Positions 36,501 to 47,666 of a DNA stretch of 60,000 nucleotides are shown here, one piece after another. The position numbers and the translations under genes were made by a program. Source of the DNA: Botryllus schlosseri (lineage: Eukaryota); NCBI GenBank assembly GCA_051294905.1, contig CM119372.1, positions 4,156,001 to 4,216,000 on the forward strand. Reading direction: 5' to 3'. The stretch's first letter is position 1, and every line of letters starts with the position of its first letter. The notes under the pieces were generated by a model, which did no database searches, was not told the origin of the DNA, and was given only the letters and a program-made list of their open reading frames with translations.

Positions 36501-39500
36501 GGTGCTTGCCCGTACGGACTAGGATATATAACTCCAATATAATCCTGAGTTAGGTTACGTTGTCGTGTCGTGTACCAATCTTTTGAGTGGGAACGCACAC
36601 TTTTTAGAGTATATTCTCCTCCGAGTGTGTATTATTGTGACGGTAATCGTGCAAAGTGCCGACAAGAATGCCGAATGTGATCGAATGCTGGTTTCAAGCT
36701 TTTGTCTTCTTGGTGAATAATACGCGCACCCCGAAACTGTTGAAATTATGACATTCGTATGATGTCTGACGATGCTGTTTACCGGTATTGCTCAAAACAT
36801 AATTATCCGTCGGTAAATATGTCGGTCAATCACTGAATTATTATCAATTTCGCCGTGATTCATTCGTGCGTCGCTAAGATATAAGTAGCGTACAACGTTT
36901 AAACTGAATTGCCGTCTTAATGCGGGGTTCGTCTCTTGTCTCGGAAGCCTTGGATAGAGGCAAATATTCGACTGAAGTGTGTGTTGCGGTGCTGTAGCAT
37001 GTCGCAATTTCGAGGACGACATCACAATATTTTTACACTGTAAATGCATGGGTGGAAAATAGGTGTATTTATCAGATTGCCTCCGTGGCGAAGGGTGTGA
37101 ACAGGTAAACATCACTTCCGGATACTAAACTCTGATTTCACCCCAATTTCAACGGACAAATATGAGTTAGATACACTAATACCGAGATAGGAAGTAGTCG
37201 GAAGCGAAGTACTACTTTTCCGATCTACTCAAGTACAGGCAATCACAACTTCTACTTCTCATTAAGTACTTGACTACTCTGACCAAACTGGTCTTTTGCT
37301 CCACGGCGAACGGTTGCGTGCAATGAAACGTCGAAGTATATGTGCAATATATACTATACATATTTTGCAATTGCTAGGATACAGTTTTCACCAGAGTCTC
37401 GCAACCCGCCTGTCCGGATACGTTTTAATAGCGCTGTCATCCGCACCGCCGCATCCATCCCCACCGCGTAAGATGAGATACGGCTCCGACTCCGCGGGGC
37501 GCAGCGGCCTGCCTTTTGCAGGCTCTTCGCGGCCCTGTCATTCATCCGGCCGTGTCAGAAACGCTCATCACGAAATGCAACATAATTTCCGTCCGCTTTC
37601 GAGGAAACGATCGCGCGCTGCGGATAATTAACTGCGCGAGTGAATCCGATATGTCATCCTTTGCCGGGGATGCGCTTTATTGCGTGTGATGTTTTATTGG
37701 CATTGCGGGCGTATTGCGATACCAACGTGTAATGCGCGCGTTCGAATTTCTACTAGGCCTGCGGAGATGCGTTATTCGCAATACTAAGGAAACAGGAACA
37801 CGCACTGACACCGCAAGTGGTTCCTAACCTTGAATTACCTGGCGAACACATACGCTAATTTGCAAGCCATCGGTTAACCCCGAATTCTCGCTATAGTCGC
37901 ATAAACAAGAATTTACCACGTTTCGAATCGCATACATCACTATGGAATACGTGGGCGCAAAATGAACTTTTCACCAACAACAGAGTCAAAGAACAATTCC
38001 ATTGTAGCATGATTTTCACGTAAACAACAATTATGAATATTAACGGCAAATCAGTGTCAATGTTGTCTACATCGCAATTTTTCATCATGCGTTTCTTGAT
38101 GTAGGAACCAATGCCCAGGCCCACGCAGTCTTGCTTCAGTTAGGATATTGCGTTGCGTTGAGCTCTTGAGCATAACACCATGTCAACATATGTGTGTTCA
38201 TTTGACCGTTTATGATTCACAATGAGCAGACGATTGGCCGTCTACAACGGTAGGCCTATGGAGGAGGCTACAAGCTGTAAAATGTCAAATGATAAGTTCA
38301 CCGACCCTGCAATGCATGTTTTGTATGCTGTGCCCTGTGAGGTTCAGGGACCTTCCGCAGTGAGAAATAAGTATCGTAACTACAATTCTCATTGATAAAT
38401 TAACGCTTAGTGACAAGGAGCGTATAATTTTAGTACAAGGCAATGGTCAGGCCTCATTCGTAATTGTGTACGATCGATCCTATTGCGACATTGTCCGGGC
38501 CGCGTGAGCTTAAGCCGTGCATGCGCGCGGCAATCATTTACATTTACTTACTGTAAATTTTTTTCAGGTCTGCGGATGAATTTCAGCGCGCCGCCATTCC
38601 CGGCAGCCTCAACGTTCCCTACCAGGCCGACGAGGGTTCGGCGATCTCCCAGATCGCGCAAACTATCGAGTCGCAAAAGCCGAGGCTGATCATCGTGGTC
38701 GGGAATCGTAACAGCCAAGACGACGCCAAGGTGCGAATTGTTGCAGGCTACCTCACTTAGCAAGGGCCGGGCTAGTTTGCGTGATTCGAGTCCGAATGAG
38801 TCCGAGTCTAGTATCAATTGTACCGGTTCGAGTGACGAAAATATAAGCCTAAACCTCAACAGTAAAATTTGATCAACGAAAACTATAGTTTCCATTCAAT
38901 AATGCATTTCGATCGCCGGAGACTCAAAACCTCGCCCAGGCGTCGTTCAACATCGAAAAGCATGTTGTTACGAATATTCATAGAATGACACTCCGGGGAT
39001 GTCGGAATCGACCCTCACATAGCGAGGGTCACGAAGCGCTACGAAATGTTGACGATCAGTACGAAATATTTTGGATTGCGCGCAATTGGCATCATACTCG
39101 TTGTGACCGCCAAAAAGATGTATATTTAAACTTTTCAAATCGTCATTGCTGTTATGACGTCATAAGTAGCGACACTCAATGCAGCGCTCGAAGTTATCCC
39201 ACATGGCATCCGACTCTGGCTCGGATAAACCACTCCTGCTCGGGTTAACGACCCAGCCGCGCTTGCAAAGTCAACTCCAAACCTGAACGCCACTATTGAA
39301 CAAAAATTGTCAACAAGGAAGCGATGATTCGATGTGCTTGTCGCGGCATGTAAATCTCTCTGCTAAAGGCGACGCATTTCTGGAAAGTGCTGCAGTTCTT
39401 TGCGACCATATCTATATGACATAGTATGGTTTTGTAGCTGTATAGCATTCCCGGACAGAAAAAAATTTTTTTCGATGTCTGATAAAACCGAAAAATTGCA

Positions 39501-42281
39501 CCTTCACTGTTAAACCCGTTATATTCAGCCTATATATTTTCAAAGGATATGGCGTCTAGCGTGACCAGCATTTCAAAACTTCGGAACACGTGTTCGGACA
39601 GCGTTGCAGTCATTGCTATGTTCCGTAGGGCTGTTCAAAAATAACCTTTTTTCCTGAATCTTGCTGGTTACTTGATTAAATCGTTAGGTTGCCTTAAAAA
39701 ACGATGCACACCTAATTTGAATTCATTCCAACCAATATTCGCGGATTTCGTAGAGTTTGAAAATTTTTTTCAACTTTTTCTGCCTACTCCATGAAATTGT
39801 TGCACTGTATTCAAAAACGATGCAAAACAAATTTGACTCAATTCGAAGCCGTAGAAGTGGAGTTATTTCAGGTTTTCTTTGATATTGTTCCGACATGAAA
39901 TACACTAGAAAGTAGGGTTACCATACGTCCTCTTTTAGAGGATTTGTCCTATTTTTTGACTTTTTTGAAAGTGTCCTCGGAGGACGCCCAAATATCCTAT
40001 TTATTATGATTTTGTCCTCTTTTTTGAGAATTTCGATTAAATATAGGGCAAAATTCGACTGAGATACAGTAAATCAGCACTGAAGCACTGAGTCGGAAGG
40101 AAAGTTGACCTATTTTCTTAGTCAACCGACGGCAAAGTGCAAAAAATTTACCATTTTTTCAGGATTTTCCTCCGGTATTGCAAGTCTGAAAATTTTTGAA
40201 AAAGTGCCCTTTTTCGGGCTTCCAAAATATGGTAGCCCTACTAGAAAGGCTGTATCTGGACAGTGGACATCCTACTACCATGTTGTGACGTCACGAATAT
40301 TGCCGATATTTGATTGCCTATACGGGTATTCCTTGAATAGTGTGATATAGGCCATGCTGTGTAGCTTGTACCGTTTTAATATGGGCAACGTTTACGACCG
40401 CGTACGTGACGCTGGTTCTTTTCGAGTGTTTGAATCGATATAGTGTTAACTGACACGTAGATCAGCACGGGCCGGAAATATTAAACTGTAGTCAGATTCC
40501 GGACTTTAGATGTATCTATATGTCGATCTAATACCCTTCACGCCCACGTCGACAGAGTCGCGTTTCAGGATCTGGTAACATCCTATCTCTGCTGAGTTTC
40601 CGCGCTGTGATTATTACGTGAACAGTGAACTCAATGCATATAGCACATATATTTGATAACATAGGTCGATATTATTATGGAGGTGTTGAGAACCATTTTC
40701 CAAAAAATATTATATATCCGGCAAGATGGCTGAATTGAAATCAAAATGAATTGTTGCTGAATTCTGCACACTCATTGAAATATAGGCTAACCCAAAAAGC
40801 AGGACGTGATAAAGAATTGCAGATCAGTCCAGCGGCAGTATATTGTAATGCTGGAAGCATAGTTTCTCTGTATGCTCACCCGGTAAACTTGTACCAATGC
40901 AAGTGTAAATCTGAGCAATTTCAATGAAAACACGCTCACTGGGGACAGATGAGGGTGGCGGGGTTAGATACCACCTTGCTACTTTGGTTAACGGTCTGTA
41001 CATTGAACTATTGTTCTTCCGCCGTGCAAGTGGGTCCTTTTTTGCCCTATTTAATAAGGGTTCTCTGGGGTATAGGTATAGTTCGTCATCAATACCGCTA
41101 TCACCTTCGGCACCGAGATGCATGGAATTACGCGTGAAATAGATGAGTCAGGAAAGGAAAGGACGTAGTTTATTTTTGCCCTTGATGTTTTTGCGGCATA
41201 TATACCGACTCATGATACACATACACGCGATCTGTGCATAGCACACCATGAGTGCATGATGTGCATATGCCGTTGGACAAGGAAGTGCAGATATAGCCAG
41301 ATATAAGTCATGCACTACCCCTCCATGCTATCCCAGTAATGCATGAGCACCTAGCATGGAAGTCATGGATACCAGCGTTACTAATCAGGTCTTTGGTCTG
41401 ACCCGGCCGGGGATCGAACCCACGACCTACCGATCAACAAGCCGGACGCTTCACCATTACGCTCGCTATCTTGTCGGCAATATGGCTTACTTCAAAGGTG
41501 ACGTCTTCAATTGGTGAAAAAACGTAAATTAATTTTCATGATCAATATTTTTGAAATTTTGTTGACATGCAATATCGGCAGCGAATATTCGACTCAGTAT
41601 CGAATCGCTCAGGTACTCGATTTCCGATTACGCGAGCCCTACGCCGTGAACTTGCCACTATGATTTCACCTCGGCGTGCAGTGAACGCCGCCGGCATTGC
41701 GGCGTGTCCGTCTTTGCGAAAATTCTCAGCGAACGCAACCTTTGAGCCGCATTTACAGCGTCTATCTGTTGTAAATCTAGCGTTTGATAATCACTGCGGA
41801 AATGATCAAGCCCGGTGCGCGTTCGCGCTTATTGAATGTGTCGATTTCGATGAGCTTGCAGTTTGACCACTAGAAAATATACATTATTTCCACATTGGAT
41901 AAGAATAAGAATTGCTGAAATCGTAAAATCTTGGATATTGAATGAAATTCTGAATCAGAAAGATGCACATCAAAAATCAAATTCAGCTCATATCAAATCA
42001 GAATTCACACCAATCTATACAGTTCTTGTGTGACATTTTCAGTAAACCAGATATTATATTTGAATTAAAATAGAAGTATAGAAACCTTTCACAAATTAGA
42101 TTGTAATAAAATTAATCTAATTAGACTAGATTTATCTAGTTGTCCAAGTCCCTGCTTCGGACTACTGTACGCTCTTTTTCAGTTCGCGGCAAGCCTGGTG
42201 CGTCACGGCTACAGAGGGGTGCTGGTCTTGCATCGCGGAATCGACGTGCTGAGAACCACCGGCCTGTTAACCATCCAGTGA
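18581..42281 (+). CDS. TBCK: TBC1 domain-containing kinase-like protein (pseudokinase + Rab-GAP TBC + rhodanese), 19 coding exons, ~888 aa
   Basis: Exons: 18581-18708, 19054-19209, 19277-19391, 20913-21113, 23486-23682, 24000-24160, 24229-24355, 25307-25415, 25469-25552, 26496-26585, 26645-26743, 29384-29573, 30480-30614, 31070-31192, 31627-31788, 33213-33373, 34585-34751, 38568-38730, 42183-42281 (2667 nt, open frame). Motifs: [35 protein letters not shown] fingers [11 protein letters not shown] and [30 protein letters not shown], rhodanese IIDVR...IPGSLNVP, and C-terminal [14 protein letters not shown] lies at ~42531. Confidence 0.96.
20049..20709. mobile_element. Almost fully palindromic hAT-type MITE family C (~320-bp arms)
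   Basis: TAGGGCTCTCCAAAAATGAC...GTCATTTTTGAAGAGCCCTA. The arms are complementary to a short centre at ~20365-20395, and the 8-bp TSD CTGTACAG is perfect. Partial copies occur at ~6704-6925, ~29598-29780 and ~39627-39890. Confidence 0.92.
21277..22265. mobile_element. hAT-type MITE with (GACTT)n subterminal repeats and an internal ~121-bp tandem duplication
   Basis: TIR CAGTGTTGGGAT...ATCCCAACACTG and perfect 8-bp TSD TCACACAC. The internal duplication starts at ~21499 and ~21620. Confidence 0.92.
22507..23037 (+). mobile_element. Family-A MITE inserted into an older family-A copy (~22443-23390)
   Basis: CAGAGTTGTAACC...GCAACCCTG with TSD GTTTTAAC/GTTTTGAC. The flanks continue the same family consensus. 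Confidence 0.85.
23770..23935 (+). mobile_element. Penelope-like pLTR relic with a decayed hammerhead
   Basis: GACGTCATATTTTGTGATACGATTGTTGATATACAAT...CTGACTAGTGTCAGCCGAAAATATTC matches 28560-28665. Confidence 0.8.
24500..24610 (+). pseudogene. GIY-YIG endonuclease remnant of the same Penelope-like family
   Basis: It translates DRFLIVG...[18 protein letters not shown], versus DRFRIVG...[18 protein letters not shown] in the 28122 ORF. Confidence 0.75.
25666..26127 (+). mobile_element. hAT-type MITE family A
   Basis: Homologous to 7170-7701; ends in TTACAACCCTG; CCTTTTAG flanks both sides. Confidence 0.75.
27025..27061 (+). ncRNA. Degenerate minimal hammerhead ribozyme (pLTR relic)
   Basis: ATTACCC-CTGACGA-GTGTCAGCC-GAAA-ATATT-GGGTT, lacking the C at the cleavage site. 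Confidence 0.6.
27991..28031 (-). ncRNA. Minimal type-I hammerhead ribozyme, intact copy
   Basis: The minus strand reads ATTACCC-CUGACGA-GUGUCAGCC-GAAA-AUAUUC-GGGUUCAU: core CUGANGA/GAAA/UH, stem I ACCC:GGGU, vestigial stem II, and palindromic stem III AAUAUU. Confidence 0.85.
28122..28557 (-). pseudogene. Penelope/Poseidon-type GIY-YIG endonuclease domain (uninterrupted 3' fragment of the ORF)
   Basis: [30 protein letters not shown]...SAIGKHL...[14 protein letters not shown] carries the VVY...YVG motif, the catalytic R and E, and the C/C/H/H residues typical of PLE endonucleases. The reverse transcriptase is absent. Confidence 0.88.
28631..28671 (+). ncRNA. Minimal hammerhead ribozyme, copy with a stem I mismatch
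   Basis: ATTACCCCTGACGAGTGTCAGCCGAAAATATTCGGATTCAT (GGAT replaces GGGT). Confidence 0.78.
32140..33012 (-). mobile_element. hAT-type MITE family E (TTTTGAC subterminal repeats)
   Basis: Reverse-complement homolog of 42783-43625. A further partial copy lies at ~38050-38310. Confidence 0.75.
33437..33977 (-). mobile_element. hAT-type MITE family A, inverted orientation
   Basis: CAGGATTGTAACGACTC...GACTTGGTTGCAAACCTG; flanks GGGCGTAG/GGGCATAG. Confidence 0.8.
34990..36072. mobile_element. Repeat family D (GGACTTGGACAACTAGAT ends, AATTAGAA-rich), with a nested Charlie-like relic from 35026
   Basis: Ends GGACTTGGACAATTAGAT...ATCTAGCTGCCCAGG. Related ends occur at ~20870, ~42152 and ~57581. CAGCGGTTCCCAACC (Charlie-type TIR) is at 35026. 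Confidence 0.55.
39913..40240. mobile_element. hAT (Tip100-like) MITE
   Basis: TIR TAGGGTTACCATA...TATGGTAGCCCTA with perfect 8-bp TSD CTAGAAAG. Confidence 0.92.
40824..41123 (-). pseudogene. hAT transposase C-terminal dimerisation domain remnant
   Basis: ELYLYPREP...[34 protein letters not shown]...EKLCFQHYN fits the hATC consensus YL.EP..DPL.WW...YP.L..A..YL..P.SS..SERVFS. Confidence 0.85.
41149..41466 (-). mobile_element. tRNA-derived SINE
   Basis: The minus strand reads GCGTAATGGTGAAGCG (A box)...GTGGGTTCGATCCCCGG (B box), then a body, then AATAAA and a (TTTCC)n tail. A second head fragment lies at ~57430-57482. Confidence 0.8.
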
Positions 42282-42782
42282 CCGGCTGCCTTCACGGAAA
42301 TTCAGCGACCGTTTTTTGAACCTTGTTTTGTTGCGTGCAATACTTCCAATTTTCGGAAGCAGCGACACTCGCTTGTTACCGCCAATCTAGGCTCAAGTTG
42401 AAAATTTTTCGATACTTAAGCGACAGTTGGTGATTGAGTTGCGATTTCGCGGACTTCTTCTGCACCATGCGTATCAATAAACTGGAGATGTTCGTGCTGT
42501 ACGTTTGAGATTCCTTTGTGACGAACCGTAATAAAAGCGTTTACAGAATTGAGATGAGTTCTGCGACATCGCGACGCTATTCAATCAACTCGCGGAGGTG
42601 GAGGATCTGAAACGGGGATCTTTGATGTTGTAGCCTCAGCGTGCTTGCTATTCCACTGTCAAATCGTGGACAGGTATCGCTGCTGCGCATTTACGGATAT
42701 ATTTTATATTAGGAGAGAAAATACATATTTGTCAACTTTTCAATAACATACGTAACAATGCAATTAGGCGAAATGTTACAAG

Positions 42783-43625
42783 TAGGGCGTTTTTTTTTGA
42801 CATGTCAAAATTTGTCAAAATTGAAGCGTTAGGTCAAAATTTGTCAAAATTTTTCATGAAGTCAAAAATTTTTTGACGTCTACATTTTGTTTGTATCGAA
42901 GATTTTGCACTGTCGGTGAACTTATAATTTGATATTTTACCGCTGTTAGCCTATTTGATAGGCCTACCATTGTAAACGGCTAATCGTCTGCTCATTGTGA
43001 ATCATAAACGGCCAAATATAACAAATAATAGGTAGACATGGTGTTATGGTCAACGTACCGCAATATCCTAACTGAAGAAAGACTTCTTGTGCATTGCATC
43101 ATTCTTATATTAAGAAGCGCATGATGGAAATTTGTGATGTAGACAACATTGTCAGAGTGAAGCAACACGGTGTGTCACCAGCACCAGCAGTGTACGCACA
43201 ACTTGAGTGTTGTCAGCCAACAACTGCTGCTGTTGAACGTCCTTGGCAAGCTTCTTAGTAAGGACATGCACTTTCTACCCAAGAATGTAGGAAAGTATCT
43301 CTCGTTGTACTACAAAATATTTTAATTATTTCTACCATAATACGTATTGTGACCACTGGAATTCTTCATAGGGCCAGATTTCGTTGAAATAGCCTATTGT
43401 TTTTTTTTTCATGTAAAAAGTTGCCAGTTTCTAAGCCAAACGCGCCTTTTCAGGCCAAACTACTTCGTTAGGACAGTCAGATCCAACCAGAAATAAAGAT
43501 AAGTGGTACAATTTTAACATTATGTGGGAAAACACCTAATTTGCATACGTTAGGTCAAAATTTGGTCAAAATTCAGTTTTTTTAGGTCAAAATTTTCTTT
43601 GTTTTAGGTTAAAAAAAACGCCCTA
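42783..43625 (+). mobile_element. hAT-type MITE family E
   Basis: TIR TAGGGCGTTTTTTTT...AAAAAAAACGCCCTA with TSD GTTACAAG/GTTATAAG. Confidence 0.88.
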
Positions 43626-46600
43626 GTTATAAGCAGATAGGTATAGACGAGAGGCTAGGATATACGGGTCATGGTTTTTAGGAATCATGATCCTGTTTCC
43701 ATCGGTAATGCTAAAATCCGGATCCAAAAATAATCCTGCTCAGTTCTGAGCGCGTTCGTTGGCCCCTTGATCGATATTTTCCAAATTGCGTCTCTATAAT
43801 GCATTGGAGTTTGCTATCAAGGATTCTTCGAATTGGTGGTACAATGCAAAAACTAGTCGGGTCCAACTTCACGCAGAACATTGATGTAAACAACCAATTC
43901 GACTGCAATGGTCATTTACACCAGACCGATGTTCTTCATTATGTTTCCGTAATTGACGACTTGTAGCACGGCCCACTTGGTCTTCTGCAACACACCGCGC
44001 TTACGCGGATCAGGTGGCCAGGACGAGCATAATTATATAGGCTATATCTTCAGGCCTCGGGTTGGGATTATGGAGTCGTCCTCACTCTCTGGAGTGAGCA
44101 TTCTCGTGTGACGTTGTAATTGTGTATGATAGAAAAGCTGGACAAAAAACCAGTCTGACCTTTCGCACCATACAAGTCACATTCTGGTTTAGTATGACGC
44201 TACCAGCAATCGTGCTGTCGGGAAAAGTTTTTGCCTTTGTTCTTTAACGGCTTTCAGTCCTTACTGTAGTTGCCCCACAGTAACACTATATGCCCCGACT
44301 CTGTTAAGAATGGGCTATACCTATCCTATATAAAGTGCTTATCTATGACCAGGTGTGATTGTTATGTCGAATCAAAAGTGCAGACTTTTCGCCTAAATAT
44401 AGCCGGTGCAGTCTACGCATTCAACATTGCAGATAAGCCTTCGAGTCCTGCATCTATAATATTGCCGACGCGTGTCACTGCATGCTAATCTATCGCATTC
44501 TCGGGCGCGTAACGTTCCCAAAGCCTGTCGTTAGCTGTCATCTTTCTATAAGGTTGTCATCGGCATGTGTTCGCACGCCAGTCGTTCGGAAAACGACGCC
44601 CCCATTTTGAATTTACGATGCCTACGCCACGCGCGCGGTCTCGACGACTTTCACACTCCGTATGATAGAATAACTGACGTAAGAGGAGCCAGTAGATACG
44701 TTGTGTGTCGCAATGACTTTACGATCAAATGAGTTTCATCATTGAAGCTTAATTTGATGGTGATGTAAAAGTTATTAGTCGGTTATCCGGTAAACAATTG
44801 TTTCGGTAGTCAATTGATTACTACGCTAGAAATTTCAGAAGCGGGATTGGGAAATAGATTGTTGTCTGTGTTGCATGCGTTAAGATTAAGATGTTGTCAC
44901 AGCAAAAATACGCAGTGTCGCGAGACGCAGATCTTAGCTGAGAAGTTACCAATGAGCACCCAAAACATTCCAGTTTTCAGTATTGATAAGTTATGGCAGT
45001 TTGAATTTACCGCACTGCGTCTGGATATAGTGGTATGAAGATGCGACCATTTACCAGGGATGTAAACGCTGTAGATTTGCCATAACATGAATTCGACTGG
45101 CCGAAAATACTGATATCCCAATCGTGTCAGAACTTCAAACTTCCTGAAGGGCACGACCGTCTGCAGCAATTCCTGTTTGAAAGCTGAGAAACGCCGTTTT
45201 TTGCAGGTACATAATTACACAGAACAGGACAAATAATTATTTGGAAACTGCCATCTGGTTGAGGAGCCAGCTATGCTCGGAATAACCCGTAAATTGCGGT
45301 AAGTTTCATGATCAGAGGTGGATGGGTAAGCTCTTAGTAACATGACGGAACCCTTTCTCTGAAATACTAGTATATATTTCATTACGAGAGAAAGTGTACA
45401 CTCCATAACTGAATCCCTTGCTTCTAATAATGCTATATTTATATTTATTAGTGATATATATATTCTGTGTTCTAATTTCGGTAACGTGTGAATTCGCGGT
45501 AATCTCTGAGATATCCATATGCAGGAATTCCGTTGTTGGTTGCCAGTGGTTCATACTGAAAACCCGGTGCCGCGGCGCCGAATATTACACACAGCGTTGA
45601 CAGCGGGTCACATCTCCTTGATCAAATACTAAATATACAGTAGTTTAGTTATATATATATGTTGCAAAAGTGCCACCTTCATCAATGATTTGATTTTTTA
45701 AATTCGCTATGATATTCCGGTAACGTGGTTGGTTAGATGATCTGCTAAGTTGATGCATTCTCGGGCAGTACAAAATGGTCGACTGCGCGTTACGTTGGAT
45801 TCGTCGTTTTCGAAGGGATTAATGATCTGCGTTCGGTTACAGTGGATGCTCTTCGGCGCACCTGATATTTATATTTCAAATAATATTCGAGAAATGTAAA
45901 TTGGAGGTAGGCTATGCCCTGACAGTTCAAAGTCTGTGACTGACAATTCTTGAGGCTAGAATGAAGTATTGAGGGTAGGCGGATGTAATAGACACTGCGT
46001 TGTTTCCTGCTAAGAATTTTACCACAATTGACTTCTGCTGCTTTCGAAGAATTAATGTGGATGTCTCTGTATTATTATGTCTCTTGCTACAGGCTTACAA
46101 GTTAGTTGCGAATTGAAAAGTGTCAAATTTGTTTAAATTACAAAGCGAGGTGCGTTGGTTGGACAATAAAGTTAGGCATCAATAGCTTGCTAGTAGAATC
46201 GGTTGAGGTTTCTCGTCATTTCGCGTTAATAAGCCACAGCTATGTCGCGATTCACTGGAATATTCGTACCAGTTTCCGAGCAGAAACGTCAATTTCAATT
46301 AAACACTATCTAACTGAACAACCGCGGATGAAACTGATCGCTTTGGATGCGATATAAATACTAGACCGCGCTAATAAGTCAAGGCGAAAAGCTACAAATT
46401 AGCAAGGAATGGACGTCAAGCTCTGCGAGTTTCGGGCAATAGAAGTGAAGTTATGAGCATTAAGGTAATTAACTGAATACAGAGAGACAGAAATAGAAAT
46501 TGACAGTACGGTATGAAATCGTACAGGTTAACGATACAATTACTTGGTGCAAAGAAGTTATATATGAATCGCGACGTTGTAAATATCTTGCGTAAATTAT

Positions 46601-47666
46601 GTACAGAATCACTGATTGCTGTAGCTGTCTAGTGTCCGTTGATAACTTGAAACGCGCAATTTTGTATCGACAAAGGCACGCATCTATGATAACGTATAGA
46701 TGAAATTATGGACTAGAAAATTTAACTTATGATAACATCTGCTCAAGTGCTCATTAATCAGCATGCATTATGTCAAAAATGCTGCTAAAACTGCAAGCAA
46801 CTGACAGTGACGCGGTGTAACAGTTCAAATGAGTTGTCCCCAGTTATCTATCACATATCCTGAAACGTCATAAAAAGCAGTCCCAAAGCTTCCGTGACTG
46901 AGCGAAACTCCTCTGATTCCACACGCTACGTTGCGCCACACCGGATGACGTTTAAGCGCTGCTAAATTAAGAAAAACATATGGTGAAAAAATAGACTGTT
47001 CCGTTTTCAACGCGTCTGCACACCCAGCTCTAAATTTGCAGCTCGCGCCGAACCTAAAACATCGCGGGCTCATCTGCGTCGCGAGGAAGTCAGGAGTCTA
47101 TGATATAACAAGTGGAGCACTAGGTTAAATTTATATAGCTTATCGAGAAATTATAAGCTACAGGGTGGCGTTTTAATGAGATTTTTATTACTGTCATGAG
47201 TGGTGTCACCGGCTAAATTGCTTTTTAATGTCTTCACGAAGATGCTAAGTCCTAGCATCGTAATTTTAATGTCCGGTAATGACTCAATACAAAACGAATT
47301 GCATGGCATTTGAATACCTACGCGCGTCAATCGAATGGAACCGTTTTATTACGCCCGGTTTGTTTCTGTTATCCAAACATGAGTCTCTGGAGCACAAATT
47401 GTCATTGGTTTTCCAGTTCATCATGTTTTGATTAGCTCAAACCTGTAATACTGACAACATCTTTGATGACGTTGATCTTGATTGATTGTGAAAATGTCGG
47501 AAGTATAATGATATGATATTCCGTTGACGGATTTTCTGTGTGTCGTTTGGCGACTATACAAGCCTCCAAGACGCGTGAATTAGTTCATGCAAAGTTTAAT
47601 AGATGGATGCTTAGTGAAACCGCGCATTGCAAATGTTGCTCTTATTCATAGGATTAACGTTTGATT

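Noticed and set aside
41403..41466. Functional tRNA gene
   Set aside because: A and B boxes are present, but there is no convincing acceptor stem or T-run terminator. The sequence continues into a SINE body and tail, and a second decayed copy exists.
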